A DNA stretch of 63,704 bases, the filler included, from Reticulomyxa filosa (taxonomy: Eukaryota; Protista; Foraminifera), in NCBI GenBank assembly GCA_000512085.1. It is 27 parts of 27 records of this genome, joined end to end, with 100 filler letters (N's around TTAATTAATTAA, not from the genome) between each part and the next. Parts side by side here need not be neighbours in the genome. Positions count along the whole stretch, not along the records: positions 33,629 to 36,122 come from ASPP01013014.1; positions 36,223 to 37,610 come from ASPP01043673.1; positions 37,711 to 40,220 come from ASPP01003667.1; positions 40,321 to 50,458 come from ASPP01020295.1; 23 more parts are not named here. One strand, given 5' to 3'. The notes beneath the pieces are model-generated. The model was not told where the DNA came from. It saw nothing but the letters and a program-made list of their open reading frames with translations, and ran no database searches. Every line of letters starts with the position of its first letter. The stretch's first letter is position 1. The position numbers and the translations under genes are program-made. Shown here piece by piece: positions 35,910-49,003 of the stretch.

Positions 35910-36122
35910 AGATGAAAATTCCATAACAAGAATAGCAAAATTTAGTGGTGGAAGCATTTTAGTCTGGTCATATTTTGGAGAATTAGTAATATGTTACGCT
36001 TACAAGGTAGAAGGTGGAGAAATACTTAAATATATAAAGGAGTTTTATCTGACGAAATTAAATAGCGTCAATTGCTGATTAGAAAATAAAGATAATTGGA
36101 TTTTCAGCAAGATAATGCAACA
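35910..36122 (+). mobile_element. Tc1/mariner DDE transposase remnant
   Basis: KFSGGSILVWSYFG and W(I)FQQDNA are Tc1 motifs, interrupted by stops and frameshifts. Confidence 0.75.
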
Positions 36123-39100
36123 NNNNNNNNNNNNNNNNNNNNNNNNNNNNNNNNNNNNNNNNNNNNTTAATTAATTAANNNNNNNNNNNNNNNNNNNNNN
36201 NNNNNNNNNNNNNNNNNNNNNNGCAAACCTTTAATGTGGCCTTGGTTTGCCGCAAGCACCGACGCCATGTGTCGCACGCATTTTGCGATCATAAATCGCA
36301 ATCTTAATCAGCGCTGAGTAATGCGCTGCGGCTGACTTGGCTCCATCACAGTAATACATGACACATGAACACAAGAATGCACTAATACATGAACCATAAT
36401 CGATAATAACCATATATTCATCCACAATCAAATGACACACCATATTCGAAACGACGCTAGTCTAAAATATCCAACTCCGAACCATTCTTGCTCTTTTTTT
36501 TTTGAAGTGGTGTTTTTTCTCAACTCCAAACTTTTGGTATTTGAAAAGACCAAGAAAAAAAGAAAAGAGCTGTTTGGCTAACTCTTTTGAAACGAAATTG
36601 AGGCAGTAATCATCAATATTTTCACCACCGGCGCTGGCACTGGAACGAACTTGGTACAAAACTGTAGAAAAAGGGTCGTAACAAGTTCCAATTTTGTTTA
36701 GTTGATGAAAAATGAAATTTTGTTAATATTTAAATTCATTTAATTTCAAATTGGAGAATATATAAACTCACAATTTGATGCAGAATAAGTAAATGTAGAA
36801 AAGATTTGACTCTGTTGCAACTAGAGCTTTTTTGAAAAAACAAAGATTGGATATTTGATGCAATTTGTGACTGCAAATTAATGGGGGTTTCAAGACGATC
36901 TTGCTATCACAGCTTGTTTTTAAGGAATAGTTTTTGCCCATTGTTGTTGGTTTGTATTGCGATATTTGAAACAAAAGCAAAAAGTAAAGAAAAACGAACT
37001 TTCATCGGTTGTGTGTCAAACAGTACATCAGCTGTTTTTTATTAAAAAAAAAAAAATTATTCATTAGTATAAAATATTTTTGCATTTCTGTGATTAACTC
37101 AAAATATATTTCCTTACTTGAATGAAAGGCATAATCACTTGTAGCAAATAATGAATGAGTCAGTGAGCAGCAAAACTCTGTCAAATATGTTTTTTTCCTC
37201 AACAAAATTTGACAAACTTCCACTAGTATAATCCATTTACTTGCAAAAATCAGACAATTTGAGTACCTAACATGGTACGGATCATTTGGAATGATTGAAA
37301 CGGGGATTATAATTGCTTAATCCTTTCATTTTTATTATGCAAATATATCTTTTTCTTCTATGCTGCTCATCATTTTAAACACAAAAACAGAAATGAAAAA
37401 GAATAGTGTCATCACTTTTTTTCATTTAAAACAATTGTTAGCTTGTCTGTTCGTGTATAAATTATTGATATCATTCAATTAATCGAAAAATTATATCATT
37501 TGTTTCATCAAAATAAAAATTACAGTCACATCTAGCAAAATTGATTATTTAACATAATATTGATAATATGTAATTGTTAAATACTTTCATTTGAAATAAA
37601 TAACTTTTTTNNNNNNNNNNNNNNNNNNNNNNNNNNNNNNNNNNNNNNNNNNNNTTAATTAATTAANNNNNNNNNNNNNNNNNNNNNNNNNNNNNNNNNN
37701 NNNNNNNNNNTTTATTTACACATTTTATCAAGATAACTCATTACTCTTTTTTTTTGTCAAACAGGAAAAAAAAAGTTCTAGACTAAAAAAAGGTTTCTTT
37801 TAATGAAAGATCTAAAATTCTAAACAGTTGAACAAGATCTTTCTAATAAAAACTAGTCTCGTGTTATTTCTCCTTACCAAAAGAGCGGATTTGGAAATGA
37901 AACAAAGAAAGCCGAAACACAATACGGTGCAGAAAGTAACAGCAAATCCACAGACAATAAAAAGAAGAAGATAACATATTATTTATATTTTATTTTGGCT
38001 AGTGAATTTTGACAATGAAAAATGATGGCAAAGAGTTGCACTAAATTATTTTTAAAACATTGCGGTGGGGATGTTAATGTTGTATCACACTTGCTATGCT
38101 GGCCATTGGACAAGAGTAGCGCATTCCTTTGCTACATCTACGAGTTTAAGTCCTGGTGCACTATCGTATATTTACTAGCCGTTTTTGTAAATAATTAGCA
38201 TGTTGGTGCAGGCAACGCCTACAAAATGATAAGTAGAAAGGCTGAACAAATGATCATTTTTTTTTGTCCTTATTTTCTTTTTAATATGGGCACTAATGAA
38301 CTTTTTACAATGTGTGTAAATTATTTCGTAGTTAGTGTTTTCTTTCTTTCTGTTAAAATAAAATTGTTTAGGTGAATTCTGGTATTGAAAATTATCGATT
38401 TGGTGTATAATAAATTTCTTTATTTTAAACTTTGTTTAAAAAAAAATTTTAAGAAAGCACCGAATCAAATAGAGCACTTGAGCGTCTGCAGATAATGTTT
38501 AAAAAAAAAATTGAAAACTGTTTATTTCTTATTTAGAAGCCAATTTTTGATAGTTAGGAATGAAAAGAGATTGTGTAATTGGGTATCAATTGTACGCAAA
38601 ATGCAATTATACCTAGCAGTACCAAAGAGACAGAGAAGCCTTTGGAAACACGACAGGTTACGGAAAAAAAGAATTGACGCAATATCTTTACCATAACTCA
38701 ACTCCCTTTACTCCATCTATATGAAATGCTCGAGAATATATTTGCTAAACCAAACTCAACGACTATTTTATCTTGTGAGGCTTTGAGTAATCGAGATGCA
38801 GCCTCAGAAAAAGAGGCTCATATACTTGACGAATCAGAATATTATACCTTTGTGGAAGGCCATGAAGTATCGAATGACAAAGAAATGAGCATAGCTGACT
38901 CTGCAGAAGCACAAGCGCGAAGTTTTGGAAACAAGACAAAAACACAACAGCAGAGGAAACAAAAAACGTGAATGGCAGTACTTCGTGGTCGAAGTGTGGC
39001 GTGACAGCCTCTGATTGGGTGCAACAGTGAATGCAGCCCCATGTTGGTCCATGAGCACGGAGGTGCAACGAATGGCAGTGGCAATGGATTGAGAGCGCAC

Positions 39101-40339
39101 TCACTACTTAGTGTTTGCAGTGAATGTTCCGAGGGCGTTCCAGTCAAACAAAAGAAAAGAAATCGAGCAATGTCTTCGAGTTATATTATACATACAAGTA
39201 GCACTGTTTCTGCTCGGCCAGCGTGCATTTTTTTTGTTACGCCATATACTTTTTGTGCATGTATATGCTATTTGTCGTTGTTTTTTCTCCTAAAAAAACA
39301 TCCTAATGTACATATATAAATATATAAAGGCACAACTCTTGATACATTAATGTTTCCTCCGAATGGTTTTGAAAAGACTGTGCCGATGCAAGGTTCGAAT
39401 CAACAATGACCTTTACACACAATTGTTTCTTCCAGTCATATTTTTCTTTTTTTTTTTTTTTTGAGAGAAGAAGGACATTTCAGGGTCAAAATGTACACAT
39501 ACAAATATAATTTTTTTTTTGTTTGAAAATAAATGAGCATAGTGGGGCAAGGGAGAGAGGTCCCAAACGGAATGTCGAAACAAAAAACCATAAAAGTTAT
39601 ACATTTATAACTATTCTTACATTAAAAATAAACAATAGTCATAAAAGTCAACTTTCTCACTCCAAAAGCGATATATGTACGCGGATATTTTCATGTGCAT
39701 GTTTTTCTAAACGATATTTGGCACATGTCTAATTTTTAAATCATCATTTTTTATCAACGAATTTTCTAATGTTATCTACATCTTTGTCAGGTACGTTTGT
39801 TAAGCGTTTCTTTTTTTTTTTGAACTGAAAGATAAGCTATCTATATATGTATATATCATCGTGCAATATAAAAGTCATCTCAATCCTTGCCAATTGTATA
39901 CCCATTGATCGTCCAATCTCAACATTACAATTCCACTATATCTTCTTCAACGTTTGCTGTCTTTCTTCTTTATTGTATCTCATTTGTTGCTAAGCTACAA
40001 AATCGTTTGAATCACAAGGATTGTCTGCTTTCCAAAGCGCGCCTTCTCTTACATGTTTGCATTTTGCTGTTTTTGTAATTGGCCAACAAGTGTGAGATTA
40101 AAAAAGCTATTTTTTCTGAAGTGTAGAGTTAATTCATTTCTCTTTAAAGAATTTCAAGTAGCCTTATATGACGATGAGTGAATTCATTAAAAAAATTCTT
40201 TCTTAGATACAATATTTGACNNNNNNNNNNNNNNNNNNNNNNNNNNNNNNNNNNNNNNNNNNNNTTAATTAATTAANNNNNNNNNNNNNNNNNNNNNNNN
40301 NNNNNNNNNNNNNNNNNNNNAAAAAAAAAAAAAAAAAAA

Positions 40340-41344
40340 AAGTTCCAAACCAATGGGATGAGGTGCTATCCAAAGTGCATCAATAACCCCACCAAACATG
40401 ATGAAAATCCCTACACAGGAACAAAAAGCGACTTTCGAGTACTCTTCTCGAATTTTGACGACATCGACAAAAGCAGAGAAATGGTAATACATGATAGCTA
40501 TGGGTACCATGGTCAGCACTAGCAAAATCCAAAGAACTAATTTTGTGTAAAACATCGATTGTGTAAATATTACAATGATCGATAATATTCCATTGCACAA
40601 TATCCACAGCACTAATGTGCAAGCGAATAAGGAATAAGGCTGACCGAAATAACTTCGATACTTAATCCACGGATTCACGTCGGTTGGATTGATCACGTTA
40701 TGCCATATCTGGTTAAATAGTGCTTCGTTGTAATGCAAGTCATAGTATATCTTTTTTTTTTTTTTTTTTTTTTGGTATGAAATTTAACTCAAAAAGAAGA
40801 AAAAAAAAACGACACACAACGACACAAAAAAAAAAAAAATAGTGACGGAACAGGTTTTTTAATTTTTACCAATTTGGAGAAGGAGGGAAAAAAAAGGGGG
40901 AACAGGTTAAAAAATTGAGAAACAAGAAGGGTCTCAAATCGGTGCCTCATTTCTTCCTCTACTCAGCAATAACATTTTTGTTACAAATACAGAACAAAGC
41001 ACAGTAATTGGGTATGGTCAACTCACCTGCACATTTCTACTAATCATCATAAAAAAGGTGGCAGTTAGTCCCATGGCATACCACAGAAACGCTTTTTCCT
41101 GGGACACTCGAAATAGATCTTTTGGTGAAAAAATCTCCAGGGCGATATATGACGGGGCATGAAATATAGTGAAGTACAGAAGCGTAAGGTTGGCAAGTGT
41201 TAGAAGTAGCGGTCTACGAGGATGAATCGACACATGGTGTCTTAAAATGTTGACACGGATTGTTGAATACACCAAAAAGGGTGCAAGACAAAAGTATACA
41301 AATGTAAACCAAACCAAGCAACACACTTGCAAAGGAGACAACAT
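40340..41344 (-). CDS. Multi-pass membrane protein, probable 7TM-RGS family N-terminal part (3'-partial)
   Basis: TM1 followed by RHHVSIHPRRPLLL, further TM helices and DVVKIREE, as in 7TM-RGS proteins. The RGS box itself is not in the contig. Confidence 0.6.
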
Positions 41345-41974
41345 TCTGTGCCTAGAAATATTCACCTAATTTTGTTTGAAGGGTCTTTTGGCCAGAACAA
41401 GAACTGTCAATCTCTTAAAAATTCTGTTTCTTGCTCTCGTATCAAAATTTTTTTTGGAATATTCGTTTTTTAGTTTGTGTGATTTCACATATTATATTCT
41501 GAAAAATGAATTTAAATACCCAATTGCCTTCATTTTTGAAGTTAAATATTTTAAAATCGATCAACTTCTTTTTTTATCGAATTTCCATTAACAAAAAATT
41601 TCTGGAGTTTATGTAGCTCTAAAAAATTCAAAAAGCTATGTACTTCTAAGCAGCCTAGACTGCGGTTCTATCACTTTCTGCAAGCTAAAAGTGTACAGGT
41701 TTGAGCTTAACAAGTTGAAACACAATCAAGCAATTTAAAAGAATATTTTTGTTCTCAAAAATGAGTACGAAGTTTCGACTTTTTCTGAAGTAGTAGCTAT
41801 TTTCTATGTCCTGCAGTGTTATTCTATTTAAAAGACTGAAACATAATTTGTAAAAACTAAACCTTGTTTCAGAAGCCGTTTGCTGTCCCTTTGTTTCAAA
41901 CAGGTGAACCGTAAAGACCAGGGACAAGACTATTTTTTTTTTGTGACGCCCTCGACAAAGACAAGATATAGAAA

Positions 41975-44656
41975 ATGGAAGGCCAACCTGATAAAACATA
42001 TAATAAATCCACTCAACCTGTTCCAAGTGCCCCTCCACCATATCAACAAAATTACCCTCAACAAGGGTTACAACCCGGCTCTCAGCCGGCGCATCAACCA
42101 ACCTATCAACAAAATTACGATCCAAATAATGAGCCACAATATCAACCAAATTACCAGGCAAACTATCCGTCAGTCTTTCAACCAAATTACCAAGCCGCTT
42201 ATCAGCCAGTTTACCAACCGTCGTATCCACAGCGCCCTCCAGAGAGACAACCCAATGAGGTTCGCGAAGAATCACGTCCTGAAGTTTTATGATACAAAAA
42301 AAAAAAAGGGAGGGATAGAGAGGACAATGTTTCCGCCGCATTTTCGCTCTTTCAAATGACCAATAATTTGTAACTTGATTTGTTTTAAAGTTATTCGGAT
42401 CGAACAAAGACAATAACAACAACAAAAAAAAAAAAAAAAGGGAAACACGAATCCGAAAGAAGGAGAAAGCGACTTTGACTGCGGAAAAGTGAGTTTGGTG
42501 ATCGAATGAATTACAAAGATAGGAAATGGCGAGACGTGTGGGCATTAGCGCTATGGTTGATAGCAATGTTGGCAATGGCCTACGGCCTAGCACAATTGTA
42601 CAGTGAACGACACAAGACTACGGTCAGTGGCAAGGGCACTGGATTGACCATATTCATCATCGCTGTACTGTCCATAGTCGGAGTAACCATTGGATTTCTA
42701 TGGATGAGCGCTATGAAAAAGTTTTGTATGTGTGTATATGGATGTTTGTATGATTCAATGCCTATTTGTAACCCGGTCAAACTATGTCATGACATTGTAT
42801 TGGCTTATGTCATCTTGTGCACTCCTTCTCATTCTTAGATACGCTGCTGAAATTATTAAGGCTATGCTTTATGCAAATTGTTAAGTTTTTTTTAAAAAAA
42901 AAAAAAAAAAAAATGAGGATGATTTTTTTTTGTGGCTAATTTGTCAATCTTATGTTCAAAAACAAACAAACAAACAAAAGTGGCTTTGTGGATAATAATG
43001 ACATTGATCTATTTTGCTATTGGCTTGATCTGGGCTGGTATCGTTGCTTTAATCTTTTCGGTGCTATTTGCAATATACGTCTATTTTGTGAGGGCACGTA
43101 TTCCTTTATCCGCGGCCATGATAGTTACTTACCTCATGCCACTTTGCATTTGTTTGTCTTTTTTATTCGCACAAACCCTCTTTCTATGTAAAGGATTCAC
43201 AACAAATATTTGCATTATTCACGTGTGCATGTAGCGAGTCGGTATTAAGATCATCGATCAAAATAGTGCGACCATTGCCCTACAGCTTATCACGGCGGCC
43301 CTGCAGGTTTTCTTATCTCGTTGTGCATTATCTTTTACTTGCTTTCTCACTCTAATACATGTATCCAACTAATAATAATAATAATAATAATAACGATGAC
43401 GACAATAAATAACTACACACGCAAAAGATTTTGTGGATCCTTTGGTGGGGAGTAGTAGCTTATGCTTACGCTTCCAAACATGAAAAAGGAGGACTAGTAT
43501 TTGCTGGGTTGCTTGTTATGTTATATTGGACTCTGGAAGGTCATTTTTTTTTTTTTTTTTAAGTACCCTTCTCTCCCTCTTTTTCTTTTTTTTTCCCACT
43601 GAAATTTATAATTTCTGATTTTGCACATTTCTCAGCACTTTGGGCTTTTCATGCATTTGCATTTGTATGTTGTGTCTGACATTACATGAACTTAGTGTTC
43701 GCCAACATCTCTCACACAACAATTTGTGGTGTTGCCGCGGTGTGGTTTTTCTCCAAGACTAAGAAAAATCCCACATGGACCGCTTTCAAATACTCAACAA
43801 CGAAAGGCCTTGGATCTATGTATGTGTGAACATTGAGTGGTTTATCTTTCTATTTCTCTTATCTTTATTTGTAAAAGATTTCTTTTTTAAATGAATAACA
43901 ACATCACCAATAAATATACAATAACAAATAACACAATACTAATAAAAAGATGCTATGGATCACTTATAGTCGCTATAATCCAAACAGCCCGAGCTTTGGT
44001 CAGAAATGCACAAAACCAACATCGAGGAAATGCGTTTGTATTGTGCATCTTACAGTGTTTGTTGGCATGTTTGGAGTCACTTATTCGATTTTTCAACAAT
44101 TATGCTTATGCACAAGTTGCTATTTATGGCACTTGTTTAGTCCTTTATTTACCTTTTTTGTGTGTTTTCTCCATACTTGCACATATGCATTTTTTTTTTT
44201 TGCGTTGTAGCTTTTGTGAAGTCTTCCAAACGTCGTGGAATTTGTTGACAAATAAAGGATTAGATGCATGGATCAATGATGATTTGGTCTGTCTTTTTTT
44301 TTTTTCTTTTTTTTTTTTGTGATTGATATAATTTGTTGCTTCTGAATTTTCAATGATAGACGGGATTTGCTCTGAGTTGTGGTGCATTAGTTGGAGCCTT
44401 AGTCACTGCTCTTGTTGGATACATTTTGAGCACCGCGTTTACAAGCATCCACTCAGACATGCGCGTTGGCTATCTTCTCGCCGGATTTGTGATTGGATAC
44501 TTTTTGTGTGCCACTGTAATGATGGTTGTGAGATCAGCTGTTATTGCCGTTTTTGTTTGTTGGGCGGAAGATCCAGCTTCCATGGCCCACAACCGTCCAA
44601 ACGAATTTCATTTGATTTCGGAGCAGTGGACAAAGTTGTACGGACCTAGACATTAA
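41975..44656 (+). CDS. PNS1: Choline transporter-like / PNS1 (SLC44) protein, about 10 exons, Pro/Gln/Tyr-rich N-terminus
   Basis: KWRDVWA, VRARIPLS, HTTICGV.AVWFF, TTKGLGSICYGSLIVAIIQ, FNNYAYAQVAIYG, INDDL, VFVCWAEDP. Confidence 0.9.
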
Positions 44657-44913
44657 CATAATTTTATTTCTACTTTTTGTTTGTTTTGACCTGATTTACT
44701 TTTTCCGTTTTTTATTTTTAGAATTTCGTAGTTAAATGTTTTACTTTATATCTTTTACTTTATATCTTTTACTTTAAATGTCTTTTTTGAAAATAAATAC
44801 AAAATTTTGTTGTCATCAACCAACTAACAGTAAAAAAAATCAATATATCAAATATGTAAAAAACACTGGCCGAGCCAGTACTGAAAACAGTCTCTATCAG
44901 AAAGAAAAAAGAA

Positions 44914-46645
44914 ATGTTGTATTCTCTTGCTTCCTTGTCATATTTTGTTCTTTTCTTGGTATTCCGAGGCAGTTGCCATAGCCAATTGGAACTCCGTGAT
45001 GATGTTGGTATAGAGAAGCCACTTGGCAGCTACACGAAGTACTGTTACGGTACTCCAGGTGCAAATCCTCCAGAAAATAACAATGGATATATTGAGGCGA
45101 ACCCTCAATTGATAAAAGAAGTAACAAATGGTCGTTTGTACCTAGTTGGAAATGATGACCAACAACTATATATGGCCCACGTGTACGGCACCCCTTACGA
45201 GATGGGTTATGCTCATGGTGAGTTGTTGAAAGACGAGGTACAAACGTTCATTAGCGACGTGTGGGAGTACATGTTGAGTGAATTTCCATTGAACGAGGTC
45301 GCACCGATAGAAAATGTGGAAAATGCAACGTTGGAAGAGGCGTTGCAATTGACTGCAGATTTGACTGGGCCCTTCACTCCAGCCTATTGGTATGAAGAAT
45401 TGCAAGGACTGAGTGATGCTTCTGGTGTGCCCTATGAAAGTTTATTGCGAATTACTATGTTACCAGAGTTGACAAGAGCCGCTTGCAGTATGGTATGTTT
45501 TAATTGTAAAATATCTCAAGCCTAAAAAAAAAAAAAAAAAACGCTGCTAGCTTCCGTTCATTGTACTGTTTGCAGTCTGGAATATATACGTATGTGTGAT
45601 GTGCTATCATAGTTTGGTGCATGGGGTAAGGCAACTCCTACTGGCCATTTGTTACAACTCAGGTGTGTTTGAACGTTGGTTTGCATTCGATGCTGTAAAT
45701 ACCACATACGTATAACAATTCATCGTCGCAACATGTTTTTTTTTTTTTGGTGTTGTCTCCTTTTTTTTTTTTTTTTTTTGTTTAAATAAAATAAAAAGAG
45801 CATTGGATTGGGACACGGACGGACCTTTCAAGGATTATCCTGCACTGATTGTGTATCATCCTAGCGAAAGTGGCCATCCATTTGCAAACTTAGGTTTACC
45901 GGTTTTATAGGCAGTATCACTGGTGTCTCTTCCTCACGCTTATCCATCAGCGAAATTGGAGTGAGCTGTCCTGATGATACTTTTGGCCGAGAGTCTCGCG
46001 CAGGATATCCTTTCATGTATGTGTTGAGAGATATTTTGCAATTTGACACAAGTGTCCAAGATGCCACGAACCGTTTTGAAAGCATCCGAAGAACATGCTA
46101 TTTAATCTTAGGTGTTGGTGATGGCAAACAAGATGAATTTTTGGGATATCAATACAGCACATCAGTAAGACATACCTTTTCCTTCCACATACGTTTTTCT
46201 TTAAGGGACAGGATACATATAATCGAGTAGCAAACAAAAAAAAAGGAGCGAACGCAAATAAGTTTCTGTCGTTGCAAAAATGTGTGACCCATAGGTACTG
46301 AATGCCTATACTGACACGAACATGGAACCTTACAATGAGACGTGGCATCCTCGTATTGACAACATTGTGTACTGGGGTATGGATTGGATGGACCCTGGCT
46401 ATTCTGGCGCTTTGTCTCAACAGTTGGAATTATACTATGGCAACATCACTTATAACACTGCCATTAAAGACATTATTGCGCACGTTCAAAGTGGAGATTT
46501 ACACATTGCTTTGTACGACTATGCCAACGACCAAGTATTTATTAGCATTCATTCCAAATCAGATCAAAACACTGCTTTCCAAAACGCTTATCAAAGACCT
46601 TACATTCGATTTGATCTCAATGATCTTTTTGCAGAAGACTATTAA
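44914..46645 (+). CDS. Secreted Ntn-hydrolase, Dictyostelium Dcd1 / acid-ceramidase-like (peptidase C45-like), 4 exons
   Basis: Signal peptide, HVYGTPYEMGYAHGELL, EELQGLSDASG, nucleophile site ACS|MFGAWG.AT, RALDW, LRDILQF, RTC.LILGVGDG. One missing T at about 45895. Confidence 0.85.
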
Positions 46646-47096
46646 CGTGTTTCTTTTTTTTTCTCATTCAAGCCATATTGTTGTACAGAACTAAATGCGT
46701 GTATCTTTCTTTGCGGTTTGTTTTCACATTTACCAATTAGTTAAACTATGATGAAAAGCTAATCAGTGTTAACGACAATTTCATTTATAAGGAAATCAAT
46801 TCCTGGTAATCAGTTTTTTTTAGACAAATCACTTTTTCAACATTGTCAAACAGTTGTATTTCAATAATGAACTTTTTTTTGAATTTTAATCGCCAAAAAG
46901 AATCTTTGTGAAAAGATTTTTCCTTTTTAGCTGTTGGTCCTCGTATTTCAAAGTTGCTGAAAGAACAACTTACGTGAGTAAAAGAAGATGAAACTAAGAA
47001 AAAAAAAACTGTTATAACAAATACAACCAAAAAAAAATAAATCTACAGTCCTTCTTCGTTCAAGGATATTTACGTTCTTAAACACCGGACACCAAT

Positions 47097-48705
47097 TTAT
47101 ACATTGTTGATTTCGGCAGGCACTTGGTCAGTATTGTTCTGTGATTGTGTGCTACCCGTGTCAAATCCATCTTGCGCAAGGATTTCGTTTTGGAGTAGTT
47201 CTCCTTCACCCTCCTTTCCTTGGTTCGGGAGTGGTTCTATTTTTCCTTCGGCCGACAAATTAACCACTTGATTATTATTATTATTATTACTATTGTTATT
47301 TTCGGTGTTATCTTCAGTGTTATTTTCAGTATTACCATTGGTAGTAGTACCATCAGTTTGTGCACTAATTAGCTGAATATCAGTGGGCACTTTGTTAGAT
47401 GGATCTCTATTGTGCTGAGAAGTACGTCGGTCGTGGTCAATATTTGAATTTGAGACGTTAGTAGAGTGTTTTTTGTAATTAGGATCACCGATAACAGATC
47501 GAGATGATGTTGCAAGGACGTTGGTCATAGAAGTCATCGTTTTTCGTGATGTGAGTTGTCGGCGATAACAATAATACAGCGCAAACGAGCAAACATTACA
47601 AGCAACGGTAACACCAATTGCCAAAATAATTAAAAACACTAAACTCATCGATTTACCTTTCTTTTTTGCTGCATCATTCGAAGCGTCTTGTGTTGAGGAC
47701 AAGTCTTCGTGCTGCATAGATACATGCACATGTGCATGTCCAAATTTTTGTTGTATCAATTCAATGTTTGATTTTTTTTTTTTTAAAATATAATATATTA
47801 AAAAAGAGCAACAAAAAAAATAATTGCTTGAGTTGGCGCTTGTGTCTGTACAGAAAGGGTAGGACAGGGTGTGTTGGAATAGACGCCGAAACGTTTAAAC
47901 AGCAGAGAACCTTGCATTTTTTTTTTATTTTTTTTTTGGAGTCATTCTTTCGATTGCATTTTTTTTTAAAAAGACAGAGAAACATAATATTGTTCAAAGA
48001 ATAAACATTACTTAACTCCAGCATTTGCAGTTCTCGGATATGCCTTATTTACTGCATCGTCATCGACCCCATCTTTTGGATATCATGCACATGTTTTTTT
48101 GTAACTTATTTTTATTTGTTTGTTTTTTAAAAAACAAACAAATAAAAATAACTCCAGTTATGTTCGCAGACATAGAAACCCCTACAACCCGAATTAAATG
48201 GATTGCACACTAATGACGCACTATCTTTGGCACATCCCCATAACAAATCCGTTGAATTTGCGAAAGATGTTTGATTACAGGGCCATCCGCTTACCAAGGA
48301 TGCAAAAAATACATTGGGATTTGAAATGTTTTTGCATTTTTCTTTTGTTAATCCCAATTGCTTTACACTGCTCTTACTGGAACACAATGAATAGCCGTGC
48401 CCACATAATACTTCCCCTTGCTTTATTCCAGGACTTGTCCAATTGCCATAGCAACCATATATTCCCTCGGGCACGATTTCTTCACAATCACCTTTTTTTC
48501 ATTCCCATCCCCCCCCCACCATTACGTTTTTTCGTTGTGTGCATGTACGGTTTATTATAGTACCTTCAGTACAAGGAGTAGCTACTCCGTCGCACCGTCG
48601 AATCTTTTTGTTCTTCCCATAAGCACAGGCAGTGCAGTTGTTACTGCCTACGACTGTCAGAGACGTGAGGAGAAGTATTAATGGCAGCAATTTTGTTGCC
48701 AGCAT
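47097..48705 (-). CDS. Type I membrane protein with a Cys-rich extracellular domain and Asn-rich cytoplasmic tail
   Basis: Signal peptide, Cys-rich exons (GCYGNW, LCGHGYSLC, LWGC, GVLCC) and a TM helix LVFLIILAIGVTVACNVCSFALYYCYRR. Confidence 0.72.
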
Positions 48706-49003
48706 GACAGAGATCCCTCTCGGTTTATTACTTGGATTTAACTTGTTTTTGTACCTTTTTTACTTTTAAACAGTTCAAATATGTCTAAAAACTAACAGTT
48801 TTTTCTACGTATGGTCATATCAATTTGTCCACTCGCGTTTGACTGATAAAAAAAATTCATTTGCAAATTGCTTTTGAAAGAGTAAATTGCTTGTAATGAA
48901 TAGAAACAGCAAAGCTGGTAACGTCTTTTCAGAAAAAAGTTTGCGAAACAAATCCCAAAGGAATCTTCTCCCCGGCTCCTAATCAGCCGGTCAATTATAT
49001 CAA

